A stretch of 64,000 nucleotides of DNA from Candidatus Latescibacterota bacterium. GTDB lineage: Bacteria; Latescibacterota; UBA2968; UBA8231. The notes under the pieces were generated by a model. That model had not been told where the DNA came from, did no database searches, and saw only the letters and a list, made by a program, of their open reading frames with translations. Where the stretch lies: the NCBI GenBank assembly GCA_965204725.1, contig OZ242005.1:2496001-2560000 (forward strand). The letters are read 5' to 3'. Of this stretch, positions 28,859 to 39,058 are shown piece after piece. The stretch's first letter is position 1. Every line of letters starts with the position of its first letter. A program made the translations under genes and the position numbers.

Positions 28859-30646
28859 GTGGCCAAAGAATACAAAGGCCCCAAATACGTCGTCGTGACC
28901 GGCGGCGTAATAAGCGGTGTGGGCAAGGGCTTGACCACCGCTTCCATCGGCAAGATCCTGCAGCAATACGGCTACAGCACCACCGCCGTCAAGATCGATC
29001 CATACATCAACTACGACGCCGGCACCATGCGGCCCACCGAGCACGGCGAGGTGTGGGTGACGGACGACGGCGGCGAAATAGATCAAGATTTGGGCAATTA
29101 CGAGCGCTTCTTGGGGTTGGATCTGCCGCGTTCCAACAACCTGACCACCGGGCAGATTTACCTCACGGTCATTGAGCGCGAGCGGCGCGGCGAGTACCTC
29201 GGCGAGACCGTGCAGCCGATCCCCCACATTACCGACGAGATCACCCGCCGCTTGCAGGCCGCGGGCGCGGGCTACGACATCGTGCTGGTCGAGATCGGCG
29301 GGATCGTCGGCGACTACGAAAACGAGCCGTTCCTCTTCGCGGTCAAGACCTTAGAGCGCGACTTGGGCAAGGAGCACTTTGCCCACGCGCTGATTACCTA
29401 TCTCCCCATTCCGCCGCACGTCGGCGAGATGAAGACCAAGCCCACGCAGCAGGCCATTCGCATGCTCAGCGAGCACGGCATTTTTCCCGATTTCATCGTC
29501 TGTCGCGCCGAGACCGCCACCGACGAGGTCCGCAAGAAAAAGATCCAGATCGGCGCCAACGTGCCCAACGACCACATCATTTCGGCTCCAGACTCGGAGA
29601 CGATCTACAACATCCCGCTGGTTTTGGAAAAAGAAGGGCTCGGCGAAAAAATTCTCAGCAGGCTCGGCTGCACGCCCAAGCAGACGCCCGACTGGCGGCC
29701 TTGGCGCGAATTGGTCAAGCGCAGCCGGCAGCCGCGCCAGCGCGTCCGCGTGGCCATGGTCGGCAAATACGTGGGCACGGGCGATTTTCAGCTCACGGAT
29801 TCGTACATTTCGGTCAATCAATCGCTGCTGCACGTCGGCGTGGCGTCGGACGCCCAGGTCGATATCACTTGGATTGACGGCCACGAGTTTGAGCGCGGCG
29901 ACGTGGAGCTAACCCAGCTTAGTGCCTTCGACGGCATTATCGTCCCCGGGGCCTTTGGCGCCGGAGGGGCCGAGGGCGTGATTGCGGCCATTCGCTACGC
30001 CCGCGAGCACGACATCCCCTATTTGGGCCTGTGCTACGGCTTGCAGCTCGCCGTGATCGAATACGCCCGCCATGTTGCCGGAATCACCGAAGCCACTTCC
30101 GAAGAGTTCGCCGCCAACTCCGAGTGGAAGGTCATCTGCGTCCAAGAAGCGCAGAAGATCGCCCTAGAGCAAAACCGCTACGGCGGCAGCATGCGCTTGG
30201 GCGCATACGCGGCGGTGCTTAAAAACGACAGCCGCGTCCTCCAGCTCTACGAGGCATCGGGCCGCCTCGACGAAGACGCCCGTCGCATCGAGCAACTGCT
30301 GGCCAATCCCGAGCAAGCGTTCCGCGTTGGCTTGGTCATGCTGGAGCGCGACAAAGTGGCCTTAGAGCGCCACCGCCATCGCTACGAGGTCTCGCCCCGC
30401 TTCATCGAGCTACTCGAGGAGGAGGGGCTGGTCTTTTCGGGGTATCACCGCCGCGTAGATGGCACCCGCTTGATGGAATTTATCGAGTTGCCAGCACACC
30501 GCTTCTTCATCGCCACCCAAGCCCATCCCGAGTTCAAGTCGCGGATGGACAATCCCTCGCCCTTGTTTGCCGGGTTTGTCGAGGCCGCGTTGGCCTACCA
30601 ACGCGAAGGGGCCAGCCATGAGGAGGGGCAGGCGGCGGCCTCCTAG
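28859..30646 (+). CDS. pyrG: CTP synthase (divergent signature)
   Basis: TGGVISGVGKG, KIDPYIN, KTKPTQ, GLCYG (catalytic Cys), ERHRHRYE, HPEF. Confidence 0.95.
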   Translation: MAKEYKGPKYVVVTGGVISGVGKGLTTASIGKILQQYGYSTTAVKIDPYINYDAGTMRPTEHGEVWVTDDGGEIDQDLGNYERFLGLDLPRSNNLTTGQIYLTVIERERRGEYLGETVQPIPHITDEITRRLQAAGAGYDIVLVEIGGIVGDYENEPFLFAVKTLERDLGKEHFAHALITYLPIPPHVGEMKTKPTQQAIRMLSEHGIFPDFIVCRAETATDEVRKKKIQIGANVPNDHIISAPDSETIYNIPLVLEKEGLGEKILSRLGCTPKQTPDWRPWRELVKRSRQPRQRVRVAMVGKYVGTGDFQLTDSYISVNQSLLHVGVASDAQVDITWIDGHEFERGDVELTQLSAFDGIIVPGAFGAGGAEGVIAAIRYAREHDIPYLGLCYGLQLAVIEYARHVAGITEATSEEFAANSEWKVICVQEAQKIALEQNRYGGSMRLGAYAAVLKNDSRVLQLYEASGRLDEDARRIEQLLANPEQAFRVGLVMLERDKVALERHRHRYEVSPRFIELLEEEGLVFSGYHRRVDGTRLMEFIELPAHRFFIATQAHPEFKSRMDNPSPLFAGFVEAALAYQREGASHEEGQAAAS

Positions 30647-30650
30647 TGGG

Positions 30651-32471
30651 ATGGGCGGTACAATCGCTTCAGAGGGCCGCGCTTTCCCGGGGGGAGCGCG
30701 GCTTTTTCGCGTTTGCGGCGCGGCCATGCTCTGGGCCTGCGGCGCGGGAGAAGCCCCGGAAGAGCCACTGCAGATCCCCGCAGTCGATGGGGAAGCATGG
30801 GACGCGCACATCGAGATGGGACGACCCGGCCACCGCATCCAGATCCGCGCCGCTTATTGGCGCGAGTTTTCCAAGGCCCAGCGAGTCATCGCCACCGGCG
30901 GCGTAGAGGTTGCATTTCGCGGGGGGGAAGCCGCTTCCATGCTGCGGGCCGAGCGCTTGGTGCTCGAACACAAGCGAGACCGCTTTGGTTTGGCCGGCAA
31001 CGTGGTGTTGCGCGCCGGCGATAGCCTAGCGATCCACGCCGACACCCTGCTGTGGGAAGGCGCGCACGAGCAGTTGCGCATTCCGGGCGCATTGCGCGTA
31101 GAGCTCGACGAGGGGCGGGAGTGGGGGCGCAATCTCACGAGCAATTTCGCCGTGGATGCGTGGTCCTTAGAAGCGGTTGAGGGCCTTTGGCGCGGCCGGG
31201 ACGGCGCGGTCGTGGAGGTGCGCGCCCAGCGCGAAGAAAGCCGTCTCGTCGCGGGGGTGCGAGAAATAGCCTACGACAGCGTCGAGGTGCGCTACGACGG
31301 AATGCAACTGACCGGGCCGCATGCCGCGTTCCTCCCCCAGAGCCGCCGATTCAATATCAGCGGGGGAGTTGAGGGCACCGACTCGCTGGCGCGATTTGCG
31401 GCCGACGAAGTCGCAGTGGATGCCCAAAAGCAGCGGCTGGTGGCGCGGGGCGCGGTGTGCTACCGCGAGGAGGAGGCCGAGTTGCGGGCCGACGAGGTCG
31501 AGGAGGACCGCAGCGCAGGGCGCTGGCAGGCTCGCGGGGCGCCGGCGACCTTTGTGCAGGGCGAGCGGCAGATCGAGGCCCGCCAGTTGACGTATTCGCG
31601 CCCCGAGCGCACGCTCACAGCGCAGGGCGGGGTGGTCTTGCGTGCGGGGGCGCGGACGCTGACGGCCCAAACCCTCCGCTATCAGCGCGACGGCCAAGTC
31701 GAGGCCGAGGGCGCGATTGATCTAAGAGCACCCGAATTGGATGGCGCGCTCGCCGGCGATTCGCTCTTTCTCGACTTGGAGCAGGAGGCCGGGTGGGTGC
31801 GGGGAGGCCCCTCGCTGCGGCGGCGCGATGTCGCACTCTCCGCCCCTGAGTTGCGCTTCGATCTCGCGCAGGGTCGGTTGGCCGGAACCGGCGGTTTTGC
31901 CCTGCACACCGCAGGGCTGGAGATCGCGGCCGAGCGCGGTACATACCAAGCGGATTCCATCTGGGTAGCCGAGGGCGTGGTGTTGGAAGAGCGCGACGAC
32001 GAGCGCGATTACCACAGCCAGCTGATGGCCGACTCCATGGTCGTCGCACTGGCCGACAGCCAAGTCGCGTCAATCGCCATCCCCGGCTCCGTCAGCGGCA
32101 AAATTGCGGTAGGTGACCGCCACAGTTGGATTGAGGGGCGAGGCGGGCAAGTCTTTATGGCCGACGGGCGCTTGGAGCGGGTCGAAGTTCGTGCCGAGGC
32201 TGACGTGACGCACCGCCGAGCCGCAAACGAAGCGATCAATCGCTTTCGCGGGCGGCAGATGACCCTGCACTTTGACGCGACCGGCTTGCGCCGGGCCTTG
32301 GTCAAGGGCGAGGCCGAGTTGGTCTCGCGGATCCAAGACGACGACGCGATTGCCGTCAACGAGGTCGGCGGCGAAGAATTGGATATCCGCTTTGCCGATG
32401 GGGTGCTGGCCGAGGTGGGCGTCGGGCCGGAGATTGAAGGCCGGTACTATCCGCCGGCCGAGGAGCCGTAA
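30651..32471 (+). CDS. LptC/LptA(OstA)-like beta-jellyroll lipoprotein
   Basis: LWAC lipobox-like motif, repeated L.A..L.Y...A.G.V beta motifs, position directly before lptB; start uncertain. Confidence 0.6.
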   Translation: MGGTIASEGRAFPGGARLFRVCGAAMLWACGAGEAPEEPLQIPAVDGEAWDAHIEMGRPGHRIQIRAAYWREFSKAQRVIATGGVEVAFRGGEAASMLRAERLVLEHKRDRFGLAGNVVLRAGDSLAIHADTLLWEGAHEQLRIPGALRVELDEGREWGRNLTSNFAVDAWSLEAVEGLWRGRDGAVVEVRAQREESRLVAGVREIAYDSVEVRYDGMQLTGPHAAFLPQSRRFNISGGVEGTDSLARFAADEVAVDAQKQRLVARGAVCYREEEAELRADEVEEDRSAGRWQARGAPATFVQGERQIEARQLTYSRPERTLTAQGGVVLRAGARTLTAQTLRYQRDGQVEAEGAIDLRAPELDGALAGDSLFLDLEQEAGWVRGGPSLRRRDVALSAPELRFDLAQGRLAGTGGFALHTAGLEIAAERGTYQADSIWVAEGVVLEERDDERDYHSQLMADSMVVALADSQVASIAIPGSVSGKIAVGDRHSWIEGRGGQVFMADGRLERVEVRAEADVTHRRAANEAINRFRGRQMTLHFDATGLRRALVKGEAELVSRIQDDDAIAVNEVGGEELDIRFADGVLAEVGVGPEIEGRYYPPAEEP

Positions 32472-32472
32472 G

Positions 32473-33204
32473 GTGGCACTCGAAACGCACGCCTTGAGCA
32501 AGCACTACGGGGGGCGGGCCGTCGTCGACGCGGTCAGCATCCGCGTTGAGCCGGGGGAGGTCGTCGGCTTGTTGGGGCCTAATGGCGCGGGCAAGACCAC
32601 GACCTTTCACAGCATCGTCGGCTTTGCCACCCCGGACGAGGGCCACATCTTGCTCAACGGTGCGGACATTACCGAGCTGCCGATGTATCGCCGAGCGCAG
32701 ATGGGCATTGGCTACCTGCCGCAGGAGACCTCCATTTTTCGCAAGCTGAGCGTGGCCGACAACATCCGCGCCGTATTGGAGGCGCGCGGGGTCGCCAAAG
32801 CGCGCATCGCCGCTCGCCAACAGCAGCTACTGACCGAGCTGGACTTGCTCGCGCGCGCCGACCAACGCGCCGATACGCTTTCGGGCGGCGAGACGCGCCG
32901 AGTTGAAATCGCCCGGGCCTTAGCCGGCGATCCGCACTACATGCTCCTCGACGAGCCTTTTGCCGGCATTGATCCGCGCACGGTCGAAGACATCCAAAAC
33001 ATCATCGCCGAACTAAGAAGCCGGGGCCTCGGCGTGTTGATTACCGATCACAACGTCCGCGAGACCTTGGAGATCGCCGAGCGGGCCTATATTCTAGTGG
33101 ACGGTAAAATTTTAACGGCGGGCACGGCCGAAGATCTCATTGCCAACGAACAGGTGCGGCGAATCTACCTCGGCGAGCGCTTTAGTTGGCGGGTCCATCG
33201 CTAG
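32473..33204 (+). CDS. lptB: LPS export ABC ATPase
   Basis: GPNGAGKTT, YLPQE.SIFR, LSGGE.RRVEIAR, DEPFAGIDP, ITDHNVRETL. Confidence 0.95.
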   Translation: MALETHALSKHYGGRAVVDAVSIRVEPGEVVGLLGPNGAGKTTTFHSIVGFATPDEGHILLNGADITELPMYRRAQMGIGYLPQETSIFRKLSVADNIRAVLEARGVAKARIAARQQQLLTELDLLARADQRADTLSGGETRRVEIARALAGDPHYMLLDEPFAGIDPRTVEDIQNIIAELRSRGLGVLITDHNVRETLEIAERAYILVDGKILTAGTAEDLIANEQVRRIYLGERFSWRVHR

Positions 33205-33260
33205 GCCCGCGCCGCGCTTGCATCTTGACTTTTCTCTCTGCACGGGCTTGAATTTATCCA

Positions 33261-34730
33261 ATGCTTCGCCCCGAGCAAAATAACAGCTTGCGCCTCAATC
33301 AAAAGCTGGCACCGCAGCTCATCCAATCGCTGCGGGTGTTGCAGATGTCCGCCTTTGATTTGGCGCAGGAGGTCAAGAATCAGGTCAACTTCAATCCCTT
33401 GCTTGAAGAGGACATCGATCTGCGCGAAGAATGGGATGAGGACCTGCGCGAGCGAGAGGAGGGGCTCAAGGAAGAGGAGGAACTGCCCGAGGGCCTAGAG
33501 GATGTCAACTGGGACGCGCTGCTCAGCGACCAGTTCGACGCGGGCGCGTACAACAGCGAGCGCACGGAATACGATCCCCACTGGGAGAGCAATCGCGAGC
33601 CACAGGCAAACCGCATCACCGCTATGCCGCCCTTCTTAGAGCCGCTTTACGAGCAGTTGTTGTTCAGCGACCTAGGACCGGAAGAGCGCATCATTGCCGA
33701 GTACATCCTCGGCAACATGGATGAGCGCGGGTACATTGGCTGTTCGCCCGCCGCGATCGCCGCCGATCTAGAGATTGAGGTCGCGACCGTAAAAAAGGTG
33801 CTGCGCGTCATTCAGACGTTTGAGCCGCCTGGGGTCGGCGCCCGCGATTTGCGCGAGTGCCTGATAATTCAGTTGGGCCGGCGCGACGACCCGCTCAGCA
33901 AGCTGGCCATCCGGGTGGTGCGCGACCACTTAGATGACTTGGCCCGGCGGCGTTTGCGGCGCATCACCCGCGCCTTGAACATCTCCGACGAGAAGCTCAA
34001 AGAGGTGGTGCAGGTGATTGAGGACTTACAGCCGCAGCCGGTCCTGTCGGCGAGCAGCGACTACGACAAGCTCCTGACGCTCAATACCGAGGTCTCGTAC
34101 ATCACGCCGGACTTGATCGTCAGAAAAATTGGCGCGGAGTGGGTTGTCTCGCTGGCCGATGGGTCCACGCCGTCCTTAAAGATCAATTCTGCGTACCAGC
34201 ATCTGGTCAGCAACTCCCGTGGCGTCAGCAAGGACGCGGACTTGGACGCCTACGTGGCCAAAAATCTCGACGACGCCCGCTGGTTCATCACCGCCATTGA
34301 CCAGCGCCGCACGACCATGCTCAAGGTCGCCAATTACCTCTTGCAGGCGCAGTCGCCCTTTTTCGAGGAGGGGCCGACGCGGCTGCGGCCCATGGTCTTG
34401 CAGGACTTGGCCGACGCCGTGGGAATGCACGTATCGACGATTAGCCGCGTCAGCAACGGCAAGTACATCGAGACGCCGCACGGGGTTTTTGAACTGAAGT
34501 ACTTCTTCGACAACAAGCTCAACACAGACGCTGGCGAAGCGGTGTCGGTGCGCTCGGTGAAGGAGAAAATTTCCCAGCTCGTCGCGGCCGAGGACAAGGG
34601 CCAGCCGCTTTCGGACCAACAGCTCGTCGAGGAATTGAGCAAAGGCGGGTTAAAAATTGCGCGGCGGACGGTCGCCAAATACCGCGATCAGCTAAAAATC
34701 CCTGCCCAGCGATACCGCAGAGCACTGTAG
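33261..34730 (+). CDS. rpoN: RNA polymerase sigma-54 factor
   Basis: PQLIQSL..LQ, EPPGVGAR.L.ECL, HVSTISR, RpoN box ARRTVAKYR. Confidence 0.97.
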   Translation: MLRPEQNNSLRLNQKLAPQLIQSLRVLQMSAFDLAQEVKNQVNFNPLLEEDIDLREEWDEDLREREEGLKEEEELPEGLEDVNWDALLSDQFDAGAYNSERTEYDPHWESNREPQANRITAMPPFLEPLYEQLLFSDLGPEERIIAEYILGNMDERGYIGCSPAAIAADLEIEVATVKKVLRVIQTFEPPGVGARDLRECLIIQLGRRDDPLSKLAIRVVRDHLDDLARRRLRRITRALNISDEKLKEVVQVIEDLQPQPVLSASSDYDKLLTLNTEVSYITPDLIVRKIGAEWVVSLADGSTPSLKINSAYQHLVSNSRGVSKDADLDAYVAKNLDDARWFITAIDQRRTTMLKVANYLLQAQSPFFEEGPTRLRPMVLQDLADAVGMHVSTISRVSNGKYIETPHGVFELKYFFDNKLNTDAGEAVSVRSVKEKISQLVAAEDKGQPLSDQQLVEELSKGGLKIARRTVAKYRDQLKIPAQRYRRAL

Positions 34731-34826
34731 AGAGCCGAGCCAGAAATTCGCGTCACCCGCCGTATCGATCTCCTCCTTTATTCTTCATTATAGCACCATG
34801 GACACATCGTACTTGAATAAGGACGC

Positions 34827-37709
34827 ATGACGATGACAAACACACGGCAAAATTGGCCTTACCCCGGGTCGCGCTGGTGGAAGTTCGACTTCCACACGCA
34901 TACGCCGGCGTCCGCCGATACCTACTGGACTCAACAGGGTATCGACCTATCGCCGCAAGAATGGCTGCTCCGATACATGGCCGCCGAAATCGATTGTGTG
35001 GCGATCACGGACCACAATAGTGGTGGTTGGGTTGATCGCCTTAAAGCCGCTTACGAGGAGATGAAGGGGCAAGCCGATGCGGGATCGCCACCGGAAGGGT
35101 TTCGAGAACTGACGCTGTTCCCGGGAGCCGAGATTTCGGTGCAGGGAGGATTCCACCTGCTCGCCATCCTAGATCCCGATACCACTACAAGCGACATCGA
35201 TACGTTGCTGGGGCAGGTGGATTACCACGGAACCAAGGGGCGCAGCGACGGAGTGACCCGCAAGGGCGCAGCCGATGTGGTTTGTGAAATTAGGGACGCC
35301 GGAGGCATTCCGATTCCAGCCCATGCCGACCGACAAGGTGAAAATGGCAACGGCAAGGGCCTGCTCGCTGTACGTGCAGATACTCGTGAGTGCCAACTCG
35401 ACGCCAATACGGTTCGCCAAGTGCTTGACACCGAATGTTTGCTGGCGATGGAGTGGGAAGACATGGGGCATCTACTTCCTAAGTCCGTTGAGAAGCAGGT
35501 CAAAAAGTTAGCGCGGGTGCTCGGCAGTGACTGCCACAGCTTCCGAGGAACGGGTATTCCCGGATCCCGTTTCACTTGGGTCAAAATGGCAAAACCTACA
35601 TTGGAAGGGCTGCGTCTCGCGTTGCTGGATGGCGGAGGCTTCTCCATCCGCCGCAGCGACAATCCCGAACCTTTTGCACCGTTCTCCCAGCCGAAACATT
35701 GTATCGAAGCCATCGAGATCGCCGATGCACGCTACATGGGAAACGGAACGCCGGTCCGCCTCGAATTCAATCCTTGGCTCAACGCCCTAATCGGCGGGCG
35801 CGGCACCGGGAAATCCACGATCATCCACGCCTTGAGGCTTGCGGCCAGACGCGCAAAAGAGATAGATCACTTGGAAGAGCGCAGCATACCTCGCTTGACC
35901 TTTGAAAGTTTCAACCAAGTGCCATCGGGACGCTCATACGCGAATGAAGGAGGTTTGACCCCCTCGACCGAGATATTATGGACCCTGAAACGCGACGAGG
36001 TCCGCCACCGCGTACGCTGGCGAGAAGACGGAAAAGGGACAGTGGTGGAAGACGAAGTGAACGGAAGTTCTTGGAAACCATCTTCTACTGAGATCGTTAC
36101 GCCGGAGCGTTTCCCTGTTCGGATCTTCAGTCAAGGACAGATCGCCGCGTTGGCCGGCGAAAATCAGCAAGCACTATTGCAGGTGATCGATGAGGCGGCA
36201 GGAGTGGCCGCAAACCAAAGAGCGCTGATCGAAGCTCGCGATGTATTCTATGCATCGAAAGCGAAAATTCGAGCACTAGATGGCAAGCTGGCACGTCAAA
36301 CGGATCTCGAAGTCGAGTTGGAAGACGTACGTCGCAAATTAAAAAAATTCGAGGATGCGGGGCATTCATCGGCCCTCACCATTTACCGCCGGCGCGGTCG
36401 CCAACGCGAAGAAGCGAACCGGCAATTCGACTCGACAGAAGCCATGGCCAAGAGAATCGAAACGACCGCGGACGATTTGCAAATTGAAAACCCGCTCGAA
36501 AAATTGTTCGACGAAGCCTCCGTGGATGAACGCCCTATCGCAGAAAGCCTGAAGGCACTGGCCGAGGCTGTGGGTGTTGCAACCCGAGACCTGAAAAGCG
36601 TCGCCCAGCGTCTGCGAGAAAGTGTCGCGACACAGCGCCAAACATTGGGAGAGAGCGTTTGGAGCACGGCCGTCAAGCAAGCGGAGGACGACTACGCGGC
36701 CTTCGTTGAAAGGTTGAAATCGGAAGGGGTCGCTGATCCGAACGAGTACAGCCACTTGGCGCAGGACCGGCAGCGGCTCCAAAGTGAACTCGCGAACTTA
36801 AACTCCATCCGGGAAGAGCAGAGCAAACTGATAGAAGAATCGCAGCAGTATCTCCAAAAAGTTCTCGAATGTCGGCGAGCCGTAAGCGAAAGGCGAGAGG
36901 CCTTCTTGTCGCAGGCGTTGTCTGAGAACCGCTTCGTGCGCATCCGCAATCGCAGGTATGGCGACAACCCACGAGTCATTGAGCTTTCCTTTCGCGAAGC
37001 ACTAGGCGATTTCGACCACTTTGAGAGATATATCCTCAGTATGGAGAGCGGTAGTCCTAAGGGTATCGTCGCTCAACTGATCGAAAACTTGCCGGAGAAT
37101 CCAACCGAGCGGTATCGGGAAATCGAAAACCGCATTGATCATCTGAAACAACGCATCGCTGCCGCATGCGGGGGAAAAGGAGATTTCGGTGGACCATTGA
37201 ATAACTATCTCCAGCGAAATTTCGAGCGAGTGCCGGAATTTCTCGACAAGTTGCTGGCTTGGTTTCCCGACGACAGCTTGATCGTGGAGTACAGCCGTCG
37301 GGGCGACGGAGCTGACTTCCAGCCCATTGCTCAAGCCTCGGCCGGGCAACGGTCAGCGGCGATGCTGGCTTTCCTGCTGGCCCACGGCGAGGAGCCCCTA
37401 GTACTCGATCAACCTGAAGACGATCTGGACAACCACCTAATCTACGACTTGGTTGTGCGCCAAATACGGGCGAACAAGCTCAGACGGCAGATCATCGTGG
37501 TAACGCACAACCCCAATATCGTCGTGAACGGAGATGCCGACATGCTCCACGCCTTGGATTTCAAAGTCGGACAATGCAGGGTTATCCAGTCGGGATCGCT
37601 GCAAGAAGAATCCATCCGCGAAGAAGTCTGCCGGATCATGGAAGGCGGCCGAGAGGCGTTCGAGCGTCGTTACCGCAGGCTGCGATCGGAGTCGAGGCAT
37701 GTTCGATAG
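34827..37709 (+). CDS. PHP phosphoesterase + ABC/SMC-like ATPase fusion (Ppl/TrlF-like defence protein)
   Basis: DFHTHTPAS, ITDHN, AH, GSDCH; GGRGTGKST, SAGQ, LDQPEDDLD, VTHN. Confidence 0.85.
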   Translation: MTMTNTRQNWPYPGSRWWKFDFHTHTPASADTYWTQQGIDLSPQEWLLRYMAAEIDCVAITDHNSGGWVDRLKAAYEEMKGQADAGSPPEGFRELTLFPGAEISVQGGFHLLAILDPDTTTSDIDTLLGQVDYHGTKGRSDGVTRKGAADVVCEIRDAGGIPIPAHADRQGENGNGKGLLAVRADTRECQLDANTVRQVLDTECLLAMEWEDMGHLLPKSVEKQVKKLARVLGSDCHSFRGTGIPGSRFTWVKMAKPTLEGLRLALLDGGGFSIRRSDNPEPFAPFSQPKHCIEAIEIADARYMGNGTPVRLEFNPWLNALIGGRGTGKSTIIHALRLAARRAKEIDHLEERSIPRLTFESFNQVPSGRSYANEGGLTPSTEILWTLKRDEVRHRVRWREDGKGTVVEDEVNGSSWKPSSTEIVTPERFPVRIFSQGQIAALAGENQQALLQVIDEAAGVAANQRALIEARDVFYASKAKIRALDGKLARQTDLEVELEDVRRKLKKFEDAGHSSALTIYRRRGRQREEANRQFDSTEAMAKRIETTADDLQIENPLEKLFDEASVDERPIAESLKALAEAVGVATRDLKSVAQRLRESVATQRQTLGESVWSTAVKQAEDDYAAFVERLKSEGVADPNEYSHLAQDRQRLQSELANLNSIREEQSKLIEESQQYLQKVLECRRAVSERREAFLSQALSENRFVRIRNRRYGDNPRVIELSFREALGDFDHFERYILSMESGSPKGIVAQLIENLPENPTERYREIENRIDHLKQRIAAACGGKGDFGGPLNNYLQRNFERVPEFLDKLLAWFPDDSLIVEYSRRGDGADFQPIAQASAGQRSAAMLAFLLAHGEEPLVLDQPEDDLDNHLIYDLVVRQIRANKLRRQIIVVTHNPNIVVNGDADMLHALDFKVGQCRVIQSGSLQEESIREEVCRIMEGGREAFERRYRRLRSESRHVR

Positions 37710-38955
37710 CAAGAAGGAATTACTCGACAAAATTCGCCTTGGCGAAGACTCGTTCATTGAGTTCAAGGAGGTGCGCTTCGCCGGGCAAAGGCTTACCGCA
37801 CCGCACCGGAATTCGCTTGCGGACGAACTCGCCTCCTTCGCCAACAGTCGCGGCGGCGTCCTCGTCCTAGGCGTCCAAGATAAATCGCACGAGATTCTGG
37901 GTATCGCTCTCAGCGATCTCAGTAGCGCCGAGCTTGCCGTCCGAGAGATTTGCCGCGATGCGATCGAGCCACCGCTGGCTCCCGTAATAGAGCGACTCTG
38001 GCTGCCAACAACCAGCGAGGATGTAGCCGTCATCAAGATTGATGTGGCCCAAAGTTTGTTCGTCCATCAAAGCCCCGGAGGGTTTATCCACCGAATCGGC
38101 AGCGAGAAACGTCGCATGTCGATCGAATATATCACCCGATTAATATCGCAGCGTTCGCAGACGCGAATGATTCGCTTCGACGAAGATGTCGTTGCCAGAA
38201 GTACGCTGAACGATTTGCAGCCCGATCTATTTGAACGATTTCGCACCGACCGATCGGCCAGCGACCTTCGGCGCTTCTTGTCCAATTTGCATCTGGTGCG
38301 CTCGGACGAAAAAGGTGAACTCAGACCAACCGTAGCCGGCGTACTGATCGGCGCGTCCGATGCGCGACCTTGGTTCCCTAATGCATACATCCAAGCGGTT
38401 GCCTATCGAGGAACAAAAATCAGGGCGGGATCGGACGATCCGTACCAAATCGATGCGGAAGATATGGTCGGCCCCTTAGATCGGCAAATTGAGGACGCTT
38501 GCCGGTTCGTCGCAAAGAACATGAAGACGGCCGCTTTCAAAAACATGGGGAGATCGGACAGACCGCAGTTCGATATGTCGGCGGTCTTTGAAGCAGTCGT
38601 CAACGCAGTAGCGCACCGTGATTACTCAATCTACGGCTCAAAAATCCGAATGCGACTTTTCGAGAATCGCCTAGAACTTTATTCTCCCGGTTCGATCCCA
38701 AATTCCATGTCCGTAGAAGCTCTAAGCGATATCCAAGCGACGAGAAACGAAGTGGTCGCGAGCTTACTGGCCAAAATTCCAGTCCCGGATCGACCTTGGC
38801 TGACCACGGACCGCTCAACACTGATGGACCGGCGGGGCGAAGGTGTAAGCGTCATCTTGGACAACAGCGAGCGACTCTCTGGGAAGACGCCGGAGTATCG
38901 AATGATCGGCGGCGAAGAACTCCTTCTGACAATCTGGGCCGCAGATATATCGTAA
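37699..38955 (+). CDS. AlbA_2 (Schlafen-like) + HATPase_c_4 protein
   Basis: GEDSFIEFKE, SFANSRGGVLVLGVQD, EAVVNAVAHRDY, SPG, RN, RGEG; overlaps the upstream stop. Confidence 0.85.
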   Translation: MFDSKKELLDKIRLGEDSFIEFKEVRFAGQRLTAPHRNSLADELASFANSRGGVLVLGVQDKSHEILGIALSDLSSAELAVREICRDAIEPPLAPVIERLWLPTTSEDVAVIKIDVAQSLFVHQSPGGFIHRIGSEKRRMSIEYITRLISQRSQTRMIRFDEDVVARSTLNDLQPDLFERFRTDRSASDLRRFLSNLHLVRSDEKGELRPTVAGVLIGASDARPWFPNAYIQAVAYRGTKIRAGSDDPYQIDAEDMVGPLDRQIEDACRFVAKNMKTAAFKNMGRSDRPQFDMSAVFEAVVNAVAHRDYSIYGSKIRMRLFENRLELYSPGSIPNSMSVEALSDIQATRNEVVASLLAKIPVPDRPWLTTDRSTLMDRRGEGVSVILDNSERLSGKTPEYRMIGGEELLLTIWAADIS

Positions 38956-39058
38956 TTCAATTATCGAAAGCCGATGTGCCAGATGCGTTGCTCAAGGCGT
39001 TATTGGAGTAATCCGGCTGTCACGGCTTAGGGGTGATGTGATGTAGGCTAGCCGCGCC

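Noticed and set aside
38952-39011. VIQLSKADVPDALLKALLE as the remnant of a displaced gene (e.g. ptsN tail)
   Set aside because: Too short to support homology; no direct repeats found around the Ppl islet.
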